From IMG/VR virus record IMGVR_UViG_2925908680_000001: a stretch of 64,000 nucleotides of DNA. One strand, written 5' to 3'. The position numbers and the translations under genes are program-made. The notes beneath the pieces were generated by a model that made no database searches, had not been told where the DNA came from, and saw nothing but the letters and a program-made list of their open reading frames with translations. The stretch is from a virus (Duplodnaviria; Heunggongvirae; Uroviricota; Caudoviricetes). Below, in pieces: positions 1-10,896 of this stretch; within the stretch, counting starts at the first letter, position 1; every line of letters starts with the position of its first letter.

Positions 1-1049
1 GCGTAGAAACTAAACAGCATGAAGCTGTTAGCGTTACATTTGATATTGAGAAGGAAACTTTATTTCTGACATTGTTGCTTTCCAGAGAGTTAACAAAAGA
101 AGTCTCTAGCCTGGATGTTTATGTTATTACAGATGGCGTAGAAGAAAAATGGACATATAACCCATTATTTAGAATGTCCAGAGACAAGAGTAAGCACTAT
201 TCATTGGCATATAAACCTACAGAACAACTTGGAGTCAAGTTTGGTGATGGTTCTATGGGTATGATGCCTCCAGCAGGCTGTCAGGTTCGAATCGATGTTA
301 TGGCTAGCCTTGGCGACTATACTTTGGCTGAAGGACAAAAGTTAGAACCGGCTGGAAATATCGCTCAATATGTGGAGTCACTTGAGTTTAAAACTGATTC
401 GATCATTACCGGTGGTAGTGGTATGGAAACTACAGAAGAAACTCGAAATCGTGCTCAGTATTATGTTGCATACGATGAACAAGTGGTATGGGGCGGTGAT
501 TATCGCCAATTCATTCAGAATGTTGTTCATGGAACTTCATGGTTGAACGTTTGGGGCGAAGCGTTACAAGAGAAAATAACTGGGTTTGACGTTCGAAACA
601 TCAACAAAATTTTCTTTTGCGGACATAAGCCGGGTGTAAGCCAGGCTCAGCTAAAATCAGAAATACTGAAAGCTCTAGAGAATGTTCCAAATGAGTTGAA
701 CAAGCGGTTCGAGTATGTAGATACAAATGAACAGCCATTTACTATAAATTTTATAGGTATTGCACGTAAAAATGTTCTGATAGACGATGCTCAAAATGCT
801 ATTAAAGCAGCGTTGGAAGATAATTTTGGCCGTGATTCGTCATCATTCAGTTTATTACTACAGAGTGATGATGATTCCCAGCAATGTTATGCACAGGTAA
901 AAGTTAAAGATATTTGGCGAGTAATAGAGTCTCTGGATATGTTTCTGTCTTACGACATAACAATACAAAATATGAAAGATGCTGTTTACTTTAATGACTT
1001 CATTTATCTTGACGTGAAATCTTCAACGTTCAGCATTTCTTACCCGTAA
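1..1049 (+). CDS. phage structural protein, 5'-truncated at window edge (tail/baseplate module)
   Basis: Reading frame is open from nt 3 through the annotated TTG at 72; sits directly upstream of the tail-fibre operon; no catalytic motif recognised. Confidence 0.4.
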   Translation, partial: VETKQHEAVSVTFDIEKETLFLTLLLSRELTKEVSSLDVYVITDGVEEKWTYNPLFRMSRDKSKHYSLAYKPTEQLGVKFGDGSMGMMPPAGCQVRIDVMASLGDYTLAEGQKLEPAGNIAQYVESLEFKTDSIITGGSGMETTEETRNRAQYYVAYDEQVVWGGDYRQFIQNVVHGTSWLNVWGEALQEKITGFDVRNINKIFFCGHKPGVSQAQLKSEILKALENVPNELNKRFEYVDTNEQPFTINFIGIARKNVLIDDAQNAIKAALEDNFGRDSSSFSLLLQSDDDSQQCYAQVKVKDIWRVIESLDMFLSYDITIQNMKDAVYFNDFIYLDVKSSTFSISYP

Positions 1050-1059
1050 TGAGGTTAGC

Positions 1060-1905
1060 ATGAAAGATAATTGGCTTAAGGAACGATTAACTAAAGTAAA
1101 ACAGGATTCCCATCTCTGGAGTGCCTTTATAGACGCTTTGCAAGATGTCTGGAATGAGGCAGTAGAACCAATATTAACAAGAATAAGTAACAGAAAATCC
1201 TTCTTCACTATGGACAGTGAGGATATGGATGCCCGCATTGCTGAATACGGGCGTTTTTTCGTTATCACTGAAAAAGATAAGACCCGTAGGCCAATGCTGC
1301 TGGCGCAACGATTAGATGAAGTGCACTTTAAAGGCACTATCTTGCCTATTGAGCAGACATTCTGGCGTGAATTCGGTTGTATTCCTGTTAGTTGGGAACC
1401 GCTATATGCACCTGTAAATATAGAAAAACACCCCTATGGTTCATATTTTGCGACAGAAATAGAAATACCTACGGCACAGGCTCAATTCGGTGAGTTCTTC
1501 CTGACATCAAGGGGGCTGGTCGTTGTTGATCAGAACAAGCTATATCGCTCATATGGAGAGCAGGATAAAGAAGCCGCTGTGCAGAAATTGTTATCTGACT
1601 TCGAAACAGTAATAGCCCCTTTGTTGCCATTGCATATTGTTTTTGATGGCGTCTCGTTTCGGCTTAGTGCTGTATTCCCTGAAGTGGCAGAAATACTAAA
1701 TTGCCTGTCTACGGATGTTTCGGTAATTGAAGGTGTTTATGTTACTGAGAGTATGGCTGATATGCTATCCCGTAGTGATACCTCCTGCCAGGTAAACAAT
1801 ATTTCTCTTAACGCCATACCGAACAGAACGGCAGAAAAGCAATTACATCTTGATGTAACCCCACTCGATGCGTGGCCTTTGGATTACCACCTTCAACCTG
1901 TTTAA
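1060..1905 (+). CDS. hypothetical tail/baseplate-associated protein
   Basis: 281-aa ORF tightly packed after previous gene in structural cluster; function by position only. Confidence 0.35.
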   Translation: MKDNWLKERLTKVKQDSHLWSAFIDALQDVWNEAVEPILTRISNRKSFFTMDSEDMDARIAEYGRFFVITEKDKTRRPMLLAQRLDEVHFKGTILPIEQTFWREFGCIPVSWEPLYAPVNIEKHPYGSYFATEIEIPTAQAQFGEFFLTSRGLVVVDQNKLYRSYGEQDKEAAVQKLLSDFETVIAPLLPLHIVFDGVSFRLSAVFPEVAEILNCLSTDVSVIEGVYVTESMADMLSRSDTSCQVNNISLNAIPNRTAEKQLHLDVTPLDAWPLDYHLQPV

Positions 1906-1908
1906 TAA

Positions 1909-1934
1909 TTCTTCCCCCAAATGCGGGGGAAGAA
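1909..1934 (+). other. GC-rich hairpin (ttcttccccc-aaatgc-gggggaagaa), possible terminator without U-tract
   Basis: 10-bp perfect stem seen directly after stop of 1060..1905. Confidence 0.4.
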
Positions 1935-1938
1935 CAAC

Positions 1939-1962
1939 GGAAATCACAAACTGAGCATACTC
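1939..1962 (+). promoter_or_regulatory. late-promoter-like element GGAAATCACAAACTG + -10-like CATACT
   Basis: Shares 15-mer with sites at 9459, 14702, 61335; 38 bp upstream of tail-fibre operon start. Confidence 0.5.
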
Positions 1963-1999
1963 TCCTTTGGTTCATTGCTTATGAAGGGGCTATGTTCGT

Positions 2000-2446
2000 A
2001 TGGCTGAAAATTTAAAGGCAAGAGATGGTAACCGCCTGTATAAGGCGCAATTGCTTTCCTACTATTATTCACGCCGCGCTGAGTCGGCGATCGGCAAAGG
2101 TGCGCGTTTTGTTATCTCTAAGGCGTATTGGTGCAAATCTAGTCTGGTAACTGCTAATGGTGCAGGAGGCTGGAATATAGCGGACATTCCACTCGATTTT
2201 AAATTGAGTAACGCTCAACAGTTTGCTGTGTCCGATCTGATATTGTCCAGTGTGGATGGGATTATCACTATCAATGCAGCCTTCCCTCAAGAAAGAATGC
2301 CGGATAACACGCCTTACGACTTTAACACGCTTGTGCTTGTTGATGCTGAGGAACAGGCTTTTGCTGTGCTTTGCACCCAGCAAGACACCCTCTATAAAGG
2401 TAAACGTTACAGTATTCTCATGACAATCGAGCAAGTTGAGGGATGA
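2000..2446 (+). CDS. first gene of tail-fibre operon (P1 R-like position)
   Basis: 148-aa ORF; stop overlaps ATG of tail-fibre gene (ATGA); synteny with P1 R-S-U. Confidence 0.4.
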   Translation: MAENLKARDGNRLYKAQLLSYYYSRRAESAIGKGARFVISKAYWCKSSLVTANGAGGWNIADIPLDFKLSNAQQFAVSDLILSSVDGIITINAAFPQERMPDNTPYDFNTLVLVDAEEQAFAVLCTQQDTLYKGKRYSILMTIEQVEG

Positions 2447-5400
2447 TTATGGGTGCTGATAAAACGAACAACATAATGACACTATCCTCTGGTGTCTCAC
2501 AGCCGTTGCTTGCTGATGTTCAATATTTCGAACTCTATAGTAGTTCGGCTCTTAACAGAAAACTTAAAAATATTGTTTTGCCGGGCTTTTACTGTGGATT
2601 TGAACCAGTTCCCGGCACAGGGTTGAGCGTCCGTATAACTTCTGAAAACTCAGAAGGTAAAGGGGCTGCTTCAGTAGATGTAAATAATGTTCAGATATCC
2701 GTTCAGCAAATAGAAGATGTGACTGTCTCGGTAAAGGCTGGGGCTACCAACATTATTGTGCTAGAAGCCAATTTTGAACATGGTGTAAAAACGACACAGG
2801 TAGAGAGCGCATCTTCTGTCAGTGCTGCAAGAATTTACGCGCGTACGGACAATACTATTGGGCAGAATCAAATTGAATTATGTCGAGTTATCGTGCCTAA
2901 CGGCGCAACGGCTGTGACGAAAGAAATGATTGTGCTTAAATACCGGGTTAACCGTGCTGTTGGTGTCGAATTCTCTAATGAAATAAGCAGTACAGAAGAA
3001 AGAAAAGCGGCTACACCTCTGGCTGTCAAAACTCTCCATGATTTGGTTGATACAAAAGCTCCGCTCGATAGTCCACATCTGTCAGGTACGCCGACTTCGC
3101 CGACACCTGAACCCGGTACAAACAACACACAGATCGCAAATGCGGCCTTTGTCTATGCTGCTATAAATGCGCTTATCAATGGTGCTCCGGGAACGATGGA
3201 CACGCTGAAAGAAATAGCGGCTGCGATCAATAACGACCCGAATTTCAGCACAACTATCAACAATGCCCTGGCTCTTAAAGCTCCTTTGGCAAGCCCGGCG
3301 TTCACAGGTACGCCGACAGCACCTACGGCCTCACAAGGCACAAATAGCACGCAGATTGCAAATACAGCCTTTGTTAAGGCAGCTATAACGGCACTTATCA
3401 ACGGTGCACCTGGCACATTGGATACGCTGAAAGAAATAGCGGCTGCGATCAATAATGACCCGAATTTCAGCACAACTATCAACAATGCCCTGGCTCTTAA
3501 AGCTCCTTTGGCAAGCCCGGCGTTCACAGGTACGCCGACAGCACCTACGGCCTCACAAGGCACAAATAGCACGCAGATTGCAAATACAGCCTTTGTTAAG
3601 GCAGCTATAACGGCACTTATCAACGGTGCACCTGGCACATTGGATACGCTGAAAGAAATAGCGGCTGCGATCAATAATGACCCGAATTTCAGCACAACTA
3701 TCAACAATGCCCTGGCTCTTAAAGCTCCTTTGGCAAGCCCGGCGTTCACAGGTACGCCGACAGCACCTACGGCCTCACAAGGCACAAATAGCACGCAGAT
3801 TGCAAATACAGCCTTTGTTAAGGCAGCTATAACGGCACTTATCAACGGTGCACCTGGCACATTGGATACGCTGAAAGAAATAGCGGCTGCGATCAATAAT
3901 GACCCGAATTTCAGCACAACTATCAACAATGCCTTGGCTCTCAAAGCGCCTTTGGCAAGCCCTGCATTAACGGGTGTCCCTACTGCGCCGACCGCCGCAC
4001 AGGGCACAAATAATACGCAGATAGCTACGACCGCTTATGTAAGAGCTGCCATATCCGCATTGGTTGGTTCATCACCAGAAGCTCTTGATACCCTGAATGA
4101 GCTTGCCGCAGCACTTGGCAATGACCCGAACTTTGCGACAACAATGACAAATGCGCTGGCAGGCAAACAGCCTCTGGATGCAACTTTAACCGCGTTTGCT
4201 GCCCTTGCGACTGGTGCAAACAAACTGCCTTATTTCACCGGTAAGGATACGGTAGCGCAGACTGATTTAACGTCAGTCGGTCGCGATATTCTGGCTAAAA
4301 CAAGCACACTGGCCGTTATCCAATACCTTGGTTTAAGAGAACTCGGAACAAGCGGTGAAAAGATCCCCCTGTTGAGCACGGCTAACACATGGAGTGCACG
4401 CCAGACTTTCAACGGCGGGATCACCGGGGCGCTGACAGGGAATGCCGACACCGCGACGAAATTGAAAACAGCCATAAACATTAATGGCGTCAGGTTCGAT
4501 GGTTCTACGAACATTTCGATACCAACAATTACGTCTAGAGGACGCGTTACTGCGCTTACCGGTACAACGCAAGGTGCTGCTACTGGATTGCAGATGTATG
4601 AGGCATACAACAATGGCTACCCTTCCCCCTATGGCAATGTGCTTCACCTTAAAGGTGCCACCGCTGCTGGCGAAGGTGAGTTATTCATTGGCTGGAGTGG
4701 CACGAGCGGTGCCCATGCGCCCGTACATATCCGTTCGCGGCGGGATACTGATTCTGCCAACTGGTCTGAATGGGCGCAGGTCTATACGTCAAAAGATTCA
4801 GTTCCCGGCGTCAATGCCAAAGGGGATCAGGATACCTCCGGCAATGCTGCTACGGCGACCAGATTGCAGACGGCGCGCACTATTAACGGTGTCTCGTTTG
4901 ATGGTTCTAAAAACATTGAGCTAACGGCGGAAGATTTAAATCTTGAGCAAACCGTAGAATTAGCCGCTGGATCATTGCAGAAAAACCAGAACGGCGCAGA
5001 TATTCCAAACAAAGATAAATTTACGCAAACAATAGGTGCTTGCCGCTCTTTTCATGGTGCTATTAGCACAGGTGCAGGAAACTGGACGACGGCACAATTG
5101 ATTGAATGGCTGGATTCTCAAGGGGCATTCAATCACCCATACTGGATGTGCAAATGTTCATGGTCATACGGCAATAATAAAATTATTACCGATACTGGCT
5201 GTGGAACTATTCATCTTGCAGGTTGCGTTATTGAGGTTATGGGTAATAAAGGTGCCATGACCATCCGTGTAACCACCCCGAGCACTTCCAGCGGTGGCGG
5301 AACTACTAATGCACAATTTACTTATATAAACCATGGCGCAGATTACGCACCAGGCTGGCGGCGTGACTACAGTACCAAAAATCAGCAGCCTGCATTTGCT

Positions 5401-5889
5401 TTAGGGCAGACAGGAAGCACAGTTGGAAATGACAAAGCTGTTGGATGGAACTCGATTAGCGGGGTTTATAACGCTAATATTGGTGGAGCATCTACGTTGA
5501 TTCTCCATTTTTATATGGGAGCTGGTAGTTGTCCGGCTGTTCAGTTCCGCGTGAATTATAAGAACGGCGGTATTTATTATCGTTCTGCGCGTGACGGTTA
5601 TGGTTTTGAAGCCGACTGGTCGGAATTTTATACTACAACACGTAAACCATCTGCGGGAGATGTTGGGGCATATACCAAAGCAGAATGTAATTCACGATTT
5701 ATTACAGGTATTCGATTAGGTACAAAATCGTCTGTGCAAACATGGAATGGTCCTGGATGGAACGATAAATCTGGTTATGTTGTTACTGCCTCAATCAACT
5801 CAAATAAGGACGAACTTATTGATACAACTCAGGCAAGGCCGGTGCAGTATTGTATCAATGGTACATGGTATAACGCGGGAAGTATTTAA
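2443..5889 (+). CDS. tail fibre protein (constant part 2443-4328 + variable tip in current orientation of invertible segment)
   Basis: 1148 aa; Gly/Ala/Thr-rich 80-aa repeats typical of phage fibres; C-terminal part shared in inverted orientation with 6983..8844; followed by Tfa chaperone. Confidence 0.85.
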   Translation: MIMGADKTNNIMTLSSGVSQPLLADVQYFELYSSSALNRKLKNIVLPGFYCGFEPVPGTGLSVRITSENSEGKGAASVDVNNVQISVQQIEDVTVSVKAGATNIIVLEANFEHGVKTTQVESASSVSAARIYARTDNTIGQNQIELCRVIVPNGATAVTKEMIVLKYRVNRAVGVEFSNEISSTEERKAATPLAVKTLHDLVDTKAPLDSPHLSGTPTSPTPEPGTNNTQIANAAFVYAAINALINGAPGTMDTLKEIAAAINNDPNFSTTINNALALKAPLASPAFTGTPTAPTASQGTNSTQIANTAFVKAAITALINGAPGTLDTLKEIAAAINNDPNFSTTINNALALKAPLASPAFTGTPTAPTASQGTNSTQIANTAFVKAAITALINGAPGTLDTLKEIAAAINNDPNFSTTINNALALKAPLASPAFTGTPTAPTASQGTNSTQIANTAFVKAAITALINGAPGTLDTLKEIAAAINNDPNFSTTINNALALKAPLASPALTGVPTAPTAAQGTNNTQIATTAYVRAAISALVGSSPEALDTLNELAAALGNDPNFATTMTNALAGKQPLDATLTAFAALATGANKLPYFTGKDTVAQTDLTSVGRDILAKTSTLAVIQYLGLRELGTSGEKIPLLSTANTWSARQTFNGGITGALTGNADTATKLKTAININGVRFDGSTNISIPTITSRGRVTALTGTTQGAATGLQMYEAYNNGYPSPYGNVLHLKGATAAGEGELFIGWSGTSGAHAPVHIRSRRDTDSANWSEWAQVYTSKDSVPGVNAKGDQDTSGNAATATRLQTARTINGVSFDGSKNIELTAEDLNLEQTVELAAGSLQKNQNGADIPNKDKFTQTIGACRSFHGAISTGAGNWTTAQLIEWLDSQGAFNHPYWMCKCSWSYGNNKIITDTGCGTIHLAGCVIEVMGNKGAMTIRVTTPSTSSGGGTTNAQFTYINHGADYAPGWRRDYSTKNQQPAFALGQTGSTVGNDKAVGWNSISGVYNANIGGASTLILHFYMGAGSCPAVQFRVNYKNGGIYYRSARDGYGFEADWSEFYTTTRKPSAGDVGAYTKAECNSRFITGIRLGTKSSVQTWNGPGWNDKSGYVVTASINSNKDELIDTTQARPVQYCINGTWYNAGSI
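3061..4020 (+). repeat. 240-bp tandem repeat array inside tail-fibre gene (3 perfect copies 3301-3540/3541-3780/3781-4020 plus diverged flanking copies)
   Basis: Identical 240-nt units read directly; encode repeated 80-aa block ...[74 protein letters not shown]. Confidence 0.9.
4316..4341. other. cix-like crossover site (left): TTATCCAATACC-TT-GGTTTAAGAGAA
   Basis: Matches gix/cix/hix family half-site pattern (AAACC-NN-GGTTT core) at outer edge of inverted repeat. Confidence 0.75.
4329..5008. repeat. left ~680-bp inverted repeat of invertible C-segment
   Basis: Reverse complement of 8165-8844 read base by base; diverges at inner end. Confidence 0.9.
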
Positions 5890-5891
5890 TT

Positions 5892-6425
5892 ATGCAGCAT
5901 TTAAAAAACATCAGATCAGGTAATCCAAAAACTGTTGAACAATATGAATTGACGCGACAATTTGGTGTTGTCTGGTTGTATTCTGAAGACGGTAAAAACT
6001 GGTATGAGGAACAAAAGAACTTCCAGGATGACACTATAAAAATTGCTTACACATCAGATGGAATTATTGTGGCTATAAATAAAGACGTATCTACAATAAA
6101 TCCAGAAGGTTTAAGTGTGGTTGAGGTTGCTGACATTACTGCAAATCGCCGTGCTGACATTTCTGGTAAATGGATGTTCAAAGATGGCGTAGTGATAAAG
6201 CGAACTTATACCGAGGAAGAACAGAGGCAACAAGCTGAAAATGAAAAGCAAAGCCTATTGCAACTTGTCAGGGATAAAACCCAACTATGGGACTCACAGC
6301 TACGGCTGGGCATCATTTCCGATGAGAATAAACAGAAATTAACCGCGTGGATGCTATATGCGCAGAAAGTAGAATCTACAGATACCTCCATCCTGCCAGT
6401 AACGTTTCCCGAACAACCAGAATGA
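5892..6425 (+). CDS. tail fibre assembly chaperone (Tfa/U-like)
   Basis: 177 aa; N-terminal [21 protein letters not shown]... and conserved GKWMFKDG motif of Mu/P1/P2 Tfa family. Confidence 0.85.
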   Translation: MQHLKNIRSGNPKTVEQYELTRQFGVVWLYSEDGKNWYEEQKNFQDDTIKIAYTSDGIIVAINKDVSTINPEGLSVVEVADITANRRADISGKWMFKDGVVIKRTYTEEEQRQQAENEKQSLLQLVRDKTQLWDSQLRLGIISDENKQKLTAWMLYAQKVESTDTSILPVTFPEQPE

Positions 6426-6426
6426 G

Positions 6427-6456
6427 AAAAGGCCCGTTATCGGGCCTTATTTTTTA
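6427..6456. terminator. bidirectional rho-independent terminator between convergent Tfa genes
   Basis: aaggcccg-ttat-cgggcctt stem flanked by A-run and T-run. Confidence 0.7.
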
Positions 6457-6981
6457 CTCAGGTTTTTGTGGCCATTCTGGCTTTGCCGTATCCACGCGGC
6501 TTACAAGAACGCTGTAGCGTTCCCATGCTTCCAGTCGGCTACGCTCCTCATCTGTTGCCATGTTCAGCCTGACAGCGCGTTCCAGTGGCTGAATAATGCT
6601 TTCTGCTTCGGAAAGTAACGCGGCCTTTTGTGATTCGGCCTGTTGTTGCTGTTCGTCTGCCGTATAAATCCGTTTAACCACAGCTCCGTCCTTAAACATC
6701 CACTTACCGGAATCATCGGCCCGACGATTGGCCGTTATATCGGGAACCTCAACGACGCTAAAACCTTCAGGGTTAAGCGTGGATGCATCTTTGGTGATGG
6801 CGACAATAATATTATTTTCATCGTAAACAATCTTTATTGTGTCTGGCTGAAAGTTTTTCACTTCCTCATACCAGTTTTTTTCGTCCTCAGAGTAAAGCCA
6901 GATGACTCCGTGCTTCTTTGTTAACTCATACTGCTCCACTGTTTTAGCATTACCAGCTTTTATGTTCTTTAAGTGCATCAT
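6454..6981 (-). CDS. tail fibre assembly chaperone (Tfa/U'-like), paralog of 5892..6425
   Basis: 175 aa, about 60% identical to the + strand Tfa by eye. Confidence 0.85.
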   Translation of the reverse strand: MMHLKNIKAGNAKTVEQYELTKKHGVIWLYSEDEKNWYEEVKNFQPDTIKIVYDENNIIVAITKDASTLNPEGFSVVEVPDITANRRADDSGKWMFKDGAVVKRIYTADEQQQQAESQKAALLSEAESIIQPLERAVRLNMATDEERSRLEAWERYSVLVSRVDTAKPEWPQKPE

Positions 6982-6982
6982 A

Positions 6983-8844
6983 TTAAACGCTCGCTACATT
7001 ATACCAGGTGCCATTTATATACTTTTGAACGGGTCTGTAATAAACACCAGCAATATTATCGGCGGAGTTGGAACCTGTATCCTGAACATTTATACCAGAC
7101 AATACATGACCTGAAGGACACTGGAAATTCCATGTTTGCCAGTTGTTTACACCATAATATTGCTGTGAGCCAAGCCGAACATCCTTTACATATCGGGAAT
7201 CAATGTTACCCCAGTTGCTTGGTTGTATCTGACCGTTTACAGCAAATGTCACCGAGTTATCTGTATTTCGCTGACTATAGAAATGCCAGCCTGAATCATC
7301 ACCAAGCTCTGCAACAGTTGGTCTTGACGAATTTCCCCACAAGTTAAATGATGCATTACGGGCAGCTGTATTTGAGCTTGAAAGTGTGAATAACTTACTT
7401 TCCCCAGTCTGAATACCCTTTAATGATATTGCTGAACCATTTCTAAAGCGGAATACATGCACACCATTAGCATAAGCATCCAGCACCCCATCACCATTTT
7501 GTTTAAACCCGGTATCGTTATCTCCTAAAACTATTGAATTGCCACCCAGGGCATTAGCCGTTCCAATCCCCAGATTTCCGCTAAAAATGGCATTAATACC
7601 GAATATTGAGTGAGAACAATAAAACCCTCGCCCATTGTTAAAATCAAGAATAGCTTGTGCGTTCGTGCTTTCTGTCGCGGGATTAGTTGCTCCCCACTTA
7701 TATGTTGTTTGACCGACGGTATAATCCTGAGTTGGAACAATAACCGTTAGCCCTTCTTCAGCAGAAACCCGCACAGGAAAAGCCCTGCCTTCAACGTAAA
7801 AAACGCTGCATACATCATCTTCTTTAAGGCTTGTTACAATGGAATGGATTGCGCGCTCATTAGTCTGATACGTCGAAAAATAACCTGCCGCATATGAACC
7901 ACGATCAGTCCAGCCACCAGGCATTACCATTCCATTGAATTCGCAGTTATTCATTTCGTAATTACCACCGGCAGATGTGGTCGTTATAATCACTCTGGAA
8001 GCCAGCTCGCCAGTGCTGCCTGTGGAACGCCGGAAAATAACTGGATACCACTTTCCACCAACTGCATTAGACGGCGCATTAAATGCGTACTGCCGCATTC
8101 CTTTTTTCTTATCCACTTCGCCTTTGCTGTAAACATTAATGTTACTCAGGAAGCGATCTTTATCAGGAATATCCGCGCCGTTCTGGTTTTTTTGCAATGA
8201 TCCAGCGGCTAATTCTACGGTTTGCTCAAGATTTAAATCTTCCGCCGTTAGCTCAATGTTTTTAGAACCATCAAACGAGACACCGTTAATAGTGCGCGCC
8301 GTCTGCAATCTGGTCGCCGTAGCAGCATTGCCGGAGGTATCCTGATCCCCTTTGGCATTGACGCCGGGAATTGAATCTTTTGACGTATAGACCTGCGCCC
8401 ATTCAGACCAGTTGGCAGAATCAGTATCCCGCCGCGAACGGATATGTACGGGCGCATGGGCACCGCTCGTGCCACTCCAGCCAATGAATAACTCACCTTC
8501 GCCAGCAGCGGTGGCACCTTTAAGGTGAAGCACATTGCCATAGGGGGAAGGGTAGCCATTGTTGTATGCCTCATACATCTGCAATCCAGTAGCAGCACCT
8601 TGCGTTGTACCGGTAAGCGCAGTAACGCGTCCTCTAGACGTAATTGTTGGTATCGAAATGTTCGTAGAACCATCGAACCTGACGCCATTAATGTTTATGG
8701 CTGTTTTCAATTTCGTCGCGGTGTCGGCATTCCCTGTCAGCGCCCCGGTGATCCCGCCGTTGAAAGTCTGGCGTGCACTCCATGTGTTAGCCGTGCTCAA
8801 CAGGGGGATCTTTTCACCGCTTGTTCCGAGTTCTCTTAAACCAA
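6983..8844 (-). CDS. alternative tail-fibre C-terminal segment (Sv'-like), promoterless in this orientation
   Basis: N-terminal 220 aa identical to residues of the + strand fibre encoded by the inverted repeat; unique 390-aa tip; ends with same INGTWYN motif. Confidence 0.8.
8165..8844. repeat. right ~680-bp inverted repeat of invertible segment
   Basis: Reverse complement of 4329-5008. Confidence 0.9.
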
Positions 8845-8856
8845 GGTTTAGGATTG
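8831..8856. other. cix-like crossover site (right): TTCTCTTAAACC-AA-GGTTTAGGATTG
   Basis: Inner half-site identical to left site; overlaps stop of invertase gene. Confidence 0.75.
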
Positions 8857-9408
8857 AAATGATGATGCCGGAAACTTCTTATAAAGAGTGGAAACAGCCA
8901 CATCATAGATGATAGCAACCTGCTTACGGGGGATGCCCTTCTCCAGCAATCGCCGCATTTGCTGCCATGTTTCTTTCTGGTATTTAGGCCGACGCCCACC
9001 TATTCGACCTTCTGCGCGAGCTGCATCAAGTCCAGCGCGTGTACGTTCAACAATAAGTTCACGTTCCATTTCTGCCAGCGCCCCCATTACGTGAAAGAAA
9101 AAGCGCCCCATTGGTGTACTGGTGTCGATGGAGTCAGTGAGACTCCGGAAGTTAATGCCTCTGTCACGCAGCTCTTCCACCTGCACAACCAAGTGACGCA
9201 TGCTGCGCCCAAGGCGATCTAACTTCCATACGACCAGGGTGTCACCTCTGGAAAGAATACGCAGAACCTTTTTTAACCCTGGGCGTTCAGCCTTTTTGCC
9301 GCTCGCCTTATCCTCAAAAATTAGCTCACATCCTGCGCTTTCAAGGGCGTTTCGTTGTAAAGCGGTGTTTTGGTCATTAGTTGATACGCGAATGTATCCA
9401 ATAAGCAT
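8848..9408 (-). CDS. cin: serine DNA invertase (Cin/Gin/Hin/Pin family)
   Basis: 186 aa; MLIGYIRVSTNDQ... catalytic Ser motif, resolvase fold, C-terminal HTH; adjacent to invertible segment. Confidence 0.92.
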   Translation of the reverse strand: MLIGYIRVSTNDQNTALQRNALESAGCELIFEDKASGKKAERPGLKKVLRILSRGDTLVVWKLDRLGRSMRHLVVQVEELRDRGINFRSLTDSIDTSTPMGRFFFHVMGALAEMERELIVERTRAGLDAARAEGRIGGRRPKYQKETWQQMRRLLEKGIPRKQVAIIYDVAVSTLYKKFPASSFQS

Positions 9409-9411
9409 ATG

Positions 9412-9436
9412 TCCCCCCTTGTATGTTAAGGGGGGA
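9412..9436. other. hairpin (tcccccctt-gtatgtt-aagggggga) immediately upstream of cin start, overlapping its SD
   Basis: 9-bp perfect stem; the G-run that would act as cin Shine-Dalgarno is inside the stem. Confidence 0.5.
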
Positions 9437-9458
9437 GATTCTAGAAGATGTCCTGTAA

Positions 9459-9481
9459 GGAAATAACAAACTGACTAAGTT
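9459..9481 (+). promoter_or_regulatory. late-promoter-like element GGAAATAACAAACTG + -10-like TAAGTT
   Basis: Same 15-mer family as 1939/14702/61335; upstream of holin/dar operon. Confidence 0.5.
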
Positions 9482-9513
9482 AGTGGCGCATTAGATGTTA
9501 TTTCTGGAGGGGT

Positions 9514-9840
9514 ATGTTTGCAGATTATGAAAATCTGGCTGTAGTAGTCATAACATCCCTACTAAGTGGAACCGGCGTATTCCTTCTCGGAGTTAGAGAC
9601 GGGCGCATTTCTGCGTCCCTGCTCAATCTTGCGAGTGAATTGTTTACTGCGGTAACAGCCGGGCTTGCGGGGTATGGGGTGGCGGTTAGCCAAGAATGGC
9701 CTGAAGGTATCATTTTCTGCGTTGTTCTGATTGCCAGTAACAACGGTAGTGAAATTTTACAGGGCTTGAAGTCCAGAGCTAGTAACGTCTTGAATCTCTT
9801 AAGCGTAATAGCGAATGGGGGAAAAGGTGGAGAGAAATAA
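9514..9840 (+). CDS. holin-like small membrane protein (LydA-like position)
   Basis: 108 aa, hydrophobic segments, first gene after late-promoter-like site. Confidence 0.45.
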   Translation: MFADYENLAVVVITSLLSGTGVFLLGVRDGRISASLLNLASELFTAVTAGLAGYGVAVSQEWPEGIIFCVVLIASNNGSEILQGLKSRASNVLNLLSVIANGGKGGEK

Positions 9841-10286
9841 TGGGTAACTTTGGAAATTATTTCATTTTTATCATGGCATTTGTTGCCATCATTGACCGTT
9901 TCATTTTTCGTCGCAAGAGTGTTGAGATTTTGAGTATTGGTGACGCTGTAGTGAAAGAATCCGCTATAGCATTTCCTGTTTCGCTACGTGTTAAGCGAAG
10001 CTGGGTCAGCAATGCTCAAATCGAATATTGGTTGCAAGACCTGAAAAATCCATCTGTGGTTATTTCAGGGAAAACGCGACCAGTTGACGCCTCAAAACGC
10101 GGTGAGAGAGAAGAGTATTTGCTCATCGATACGAAATATCTTGAGCCAACGAAGTGGGATCTGAAAGTCACATTGACTAACGGTAACTGTCGACTGAATC
10201 CGCTTTATCGCATTTTCCCTATCAATGACTGCATAGAGCGCCAGTTTACGATCGAAAAGCGTGAAGGAGACTGGGATGTCAAATAA
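9840..10286 (+). CDS. membrane-anchored protein (LydB/antiholin-like position)
   Basis: 148 aa, N-terminal TM helix; ATGA overlap with holin gene. Confidence 0.3.
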   Translation: MGNFGNYFIFIMAFVAIIDRFIFRRKSVEILSIGDAVVKESAIAFPVSLRVKRSWVSNAQIEYWLQDLKNPSVVISGKTRPVDASKRGEREEYLLIDTKYLEPTKWDLKVTLTNGNCRLNPLYRIFPINDCIERQFTIEKREGDWDVK

Positions 10287-10896
10287 GAATAATTATGTTC
10301 TTCTTAATTATGATGAGTTAAACGAAAAGGGGCTGGCAAAACTCGTCAAAGAAATCAGCAAAGGTGGTTACAAGATAGCGAGGGTGATCCCTGCAAGTAA
10401 TGGCAGGAAGAAAGATGGGATCATGACGCGCACGTTTACCCTTATTGGTATTGATGAACAGACAATGGAAGTTCAGGTTAACGATACCGGTGATATATCT
10501 GGGATCAAACTGAATGGTAAAACAGTACCATTCAAGCCAGTAAAAACAATGTCGGCTTTGGGGCAATCTCTTGCGGCTTTATTTAATCGCGGAGCAACTT
10601 CTTTCCAGAAGTCATTAGCTCGAAAACTTGCTCGTGCAGCAAAAAATATTGATGACGGAAATAAGAAGCGGCAGGGAGTTAAATCTAACGCTCAGAAATT
10701 AGCTGAAGCGAAAGAATCACGTGATGCACTCCGTGAAGATATCGCTAATGCTAACGACAAACTGTCTAAACTCCAGAGCAAGTCAGACAAAGTAATGCAA
10801 GATACGGGTAACGTTAAAGCTGCCTTGTCTCAGGAAGTAGCTAAGACACGTGCTCTTAAAGAAGAAATCGCGCGCCTGGAGGATGAGCATGATTAA
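10261..10896 (+). CDS. hypothetical coiled-coil protein (Hdf-like position upstream of DarA-like gene)
   Basis: 211 aa, Lys/Ala-rich C-terminus; synteny only. Confidence 0.3.
   Translation: MKETGMSNKNNYVLLNYDELNEKGLAKLVKEISKGGYKIARVIPASNGRKKDGIMTRTFTLIGIDEQTMEVQVNDTGDISGIKLNGKTVPFKPVKTMSALGQSLAALFNRGATSFQKSLARKLARAAKNIDDGNKKRQGVKSNAQKLAEAKESRDALREDIANANDKLSKLQSKSDKVMQDTGNVKAALSQEVAKTRALKEEIARLEDEHD

Larger units (their letters stand above)
4329..8844. mobile_element. invertible tail-fibre host-range segment (P1 C-segment / Mu G-segment type)
   Basis: Bounded by cix-like sites, contains two convergent Tfa genes and an alternative fibre tip; invertase gene adjacent. Confidence 0.85.

Noticed and set aside
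3153-4007. 284-aa minus-strand ORF
   Set aside because: Lies antisense to the 240-bp tandem repeats of the tail-fibre gene; its own sequence is just the repeat read backwards, so it is an artefact of repeat composition.
4484-4924. 146-aa ORF (and identical mirror copy 8248..8688, plus 8525..8839 and 8559..8912)
   Set aside because: Alternate-frame ORFs inside the 680-bp inverted repeat that encodes the shared tail-fibre segment; duplicated only because the DNA is duplicated.
9409-9513. Recombinational enhancer (Fis sites) for cin
   Set aside because: Expected inside the 5' part of the invertase gene by analogy, but Fis sites are too degenerate to call by eye.
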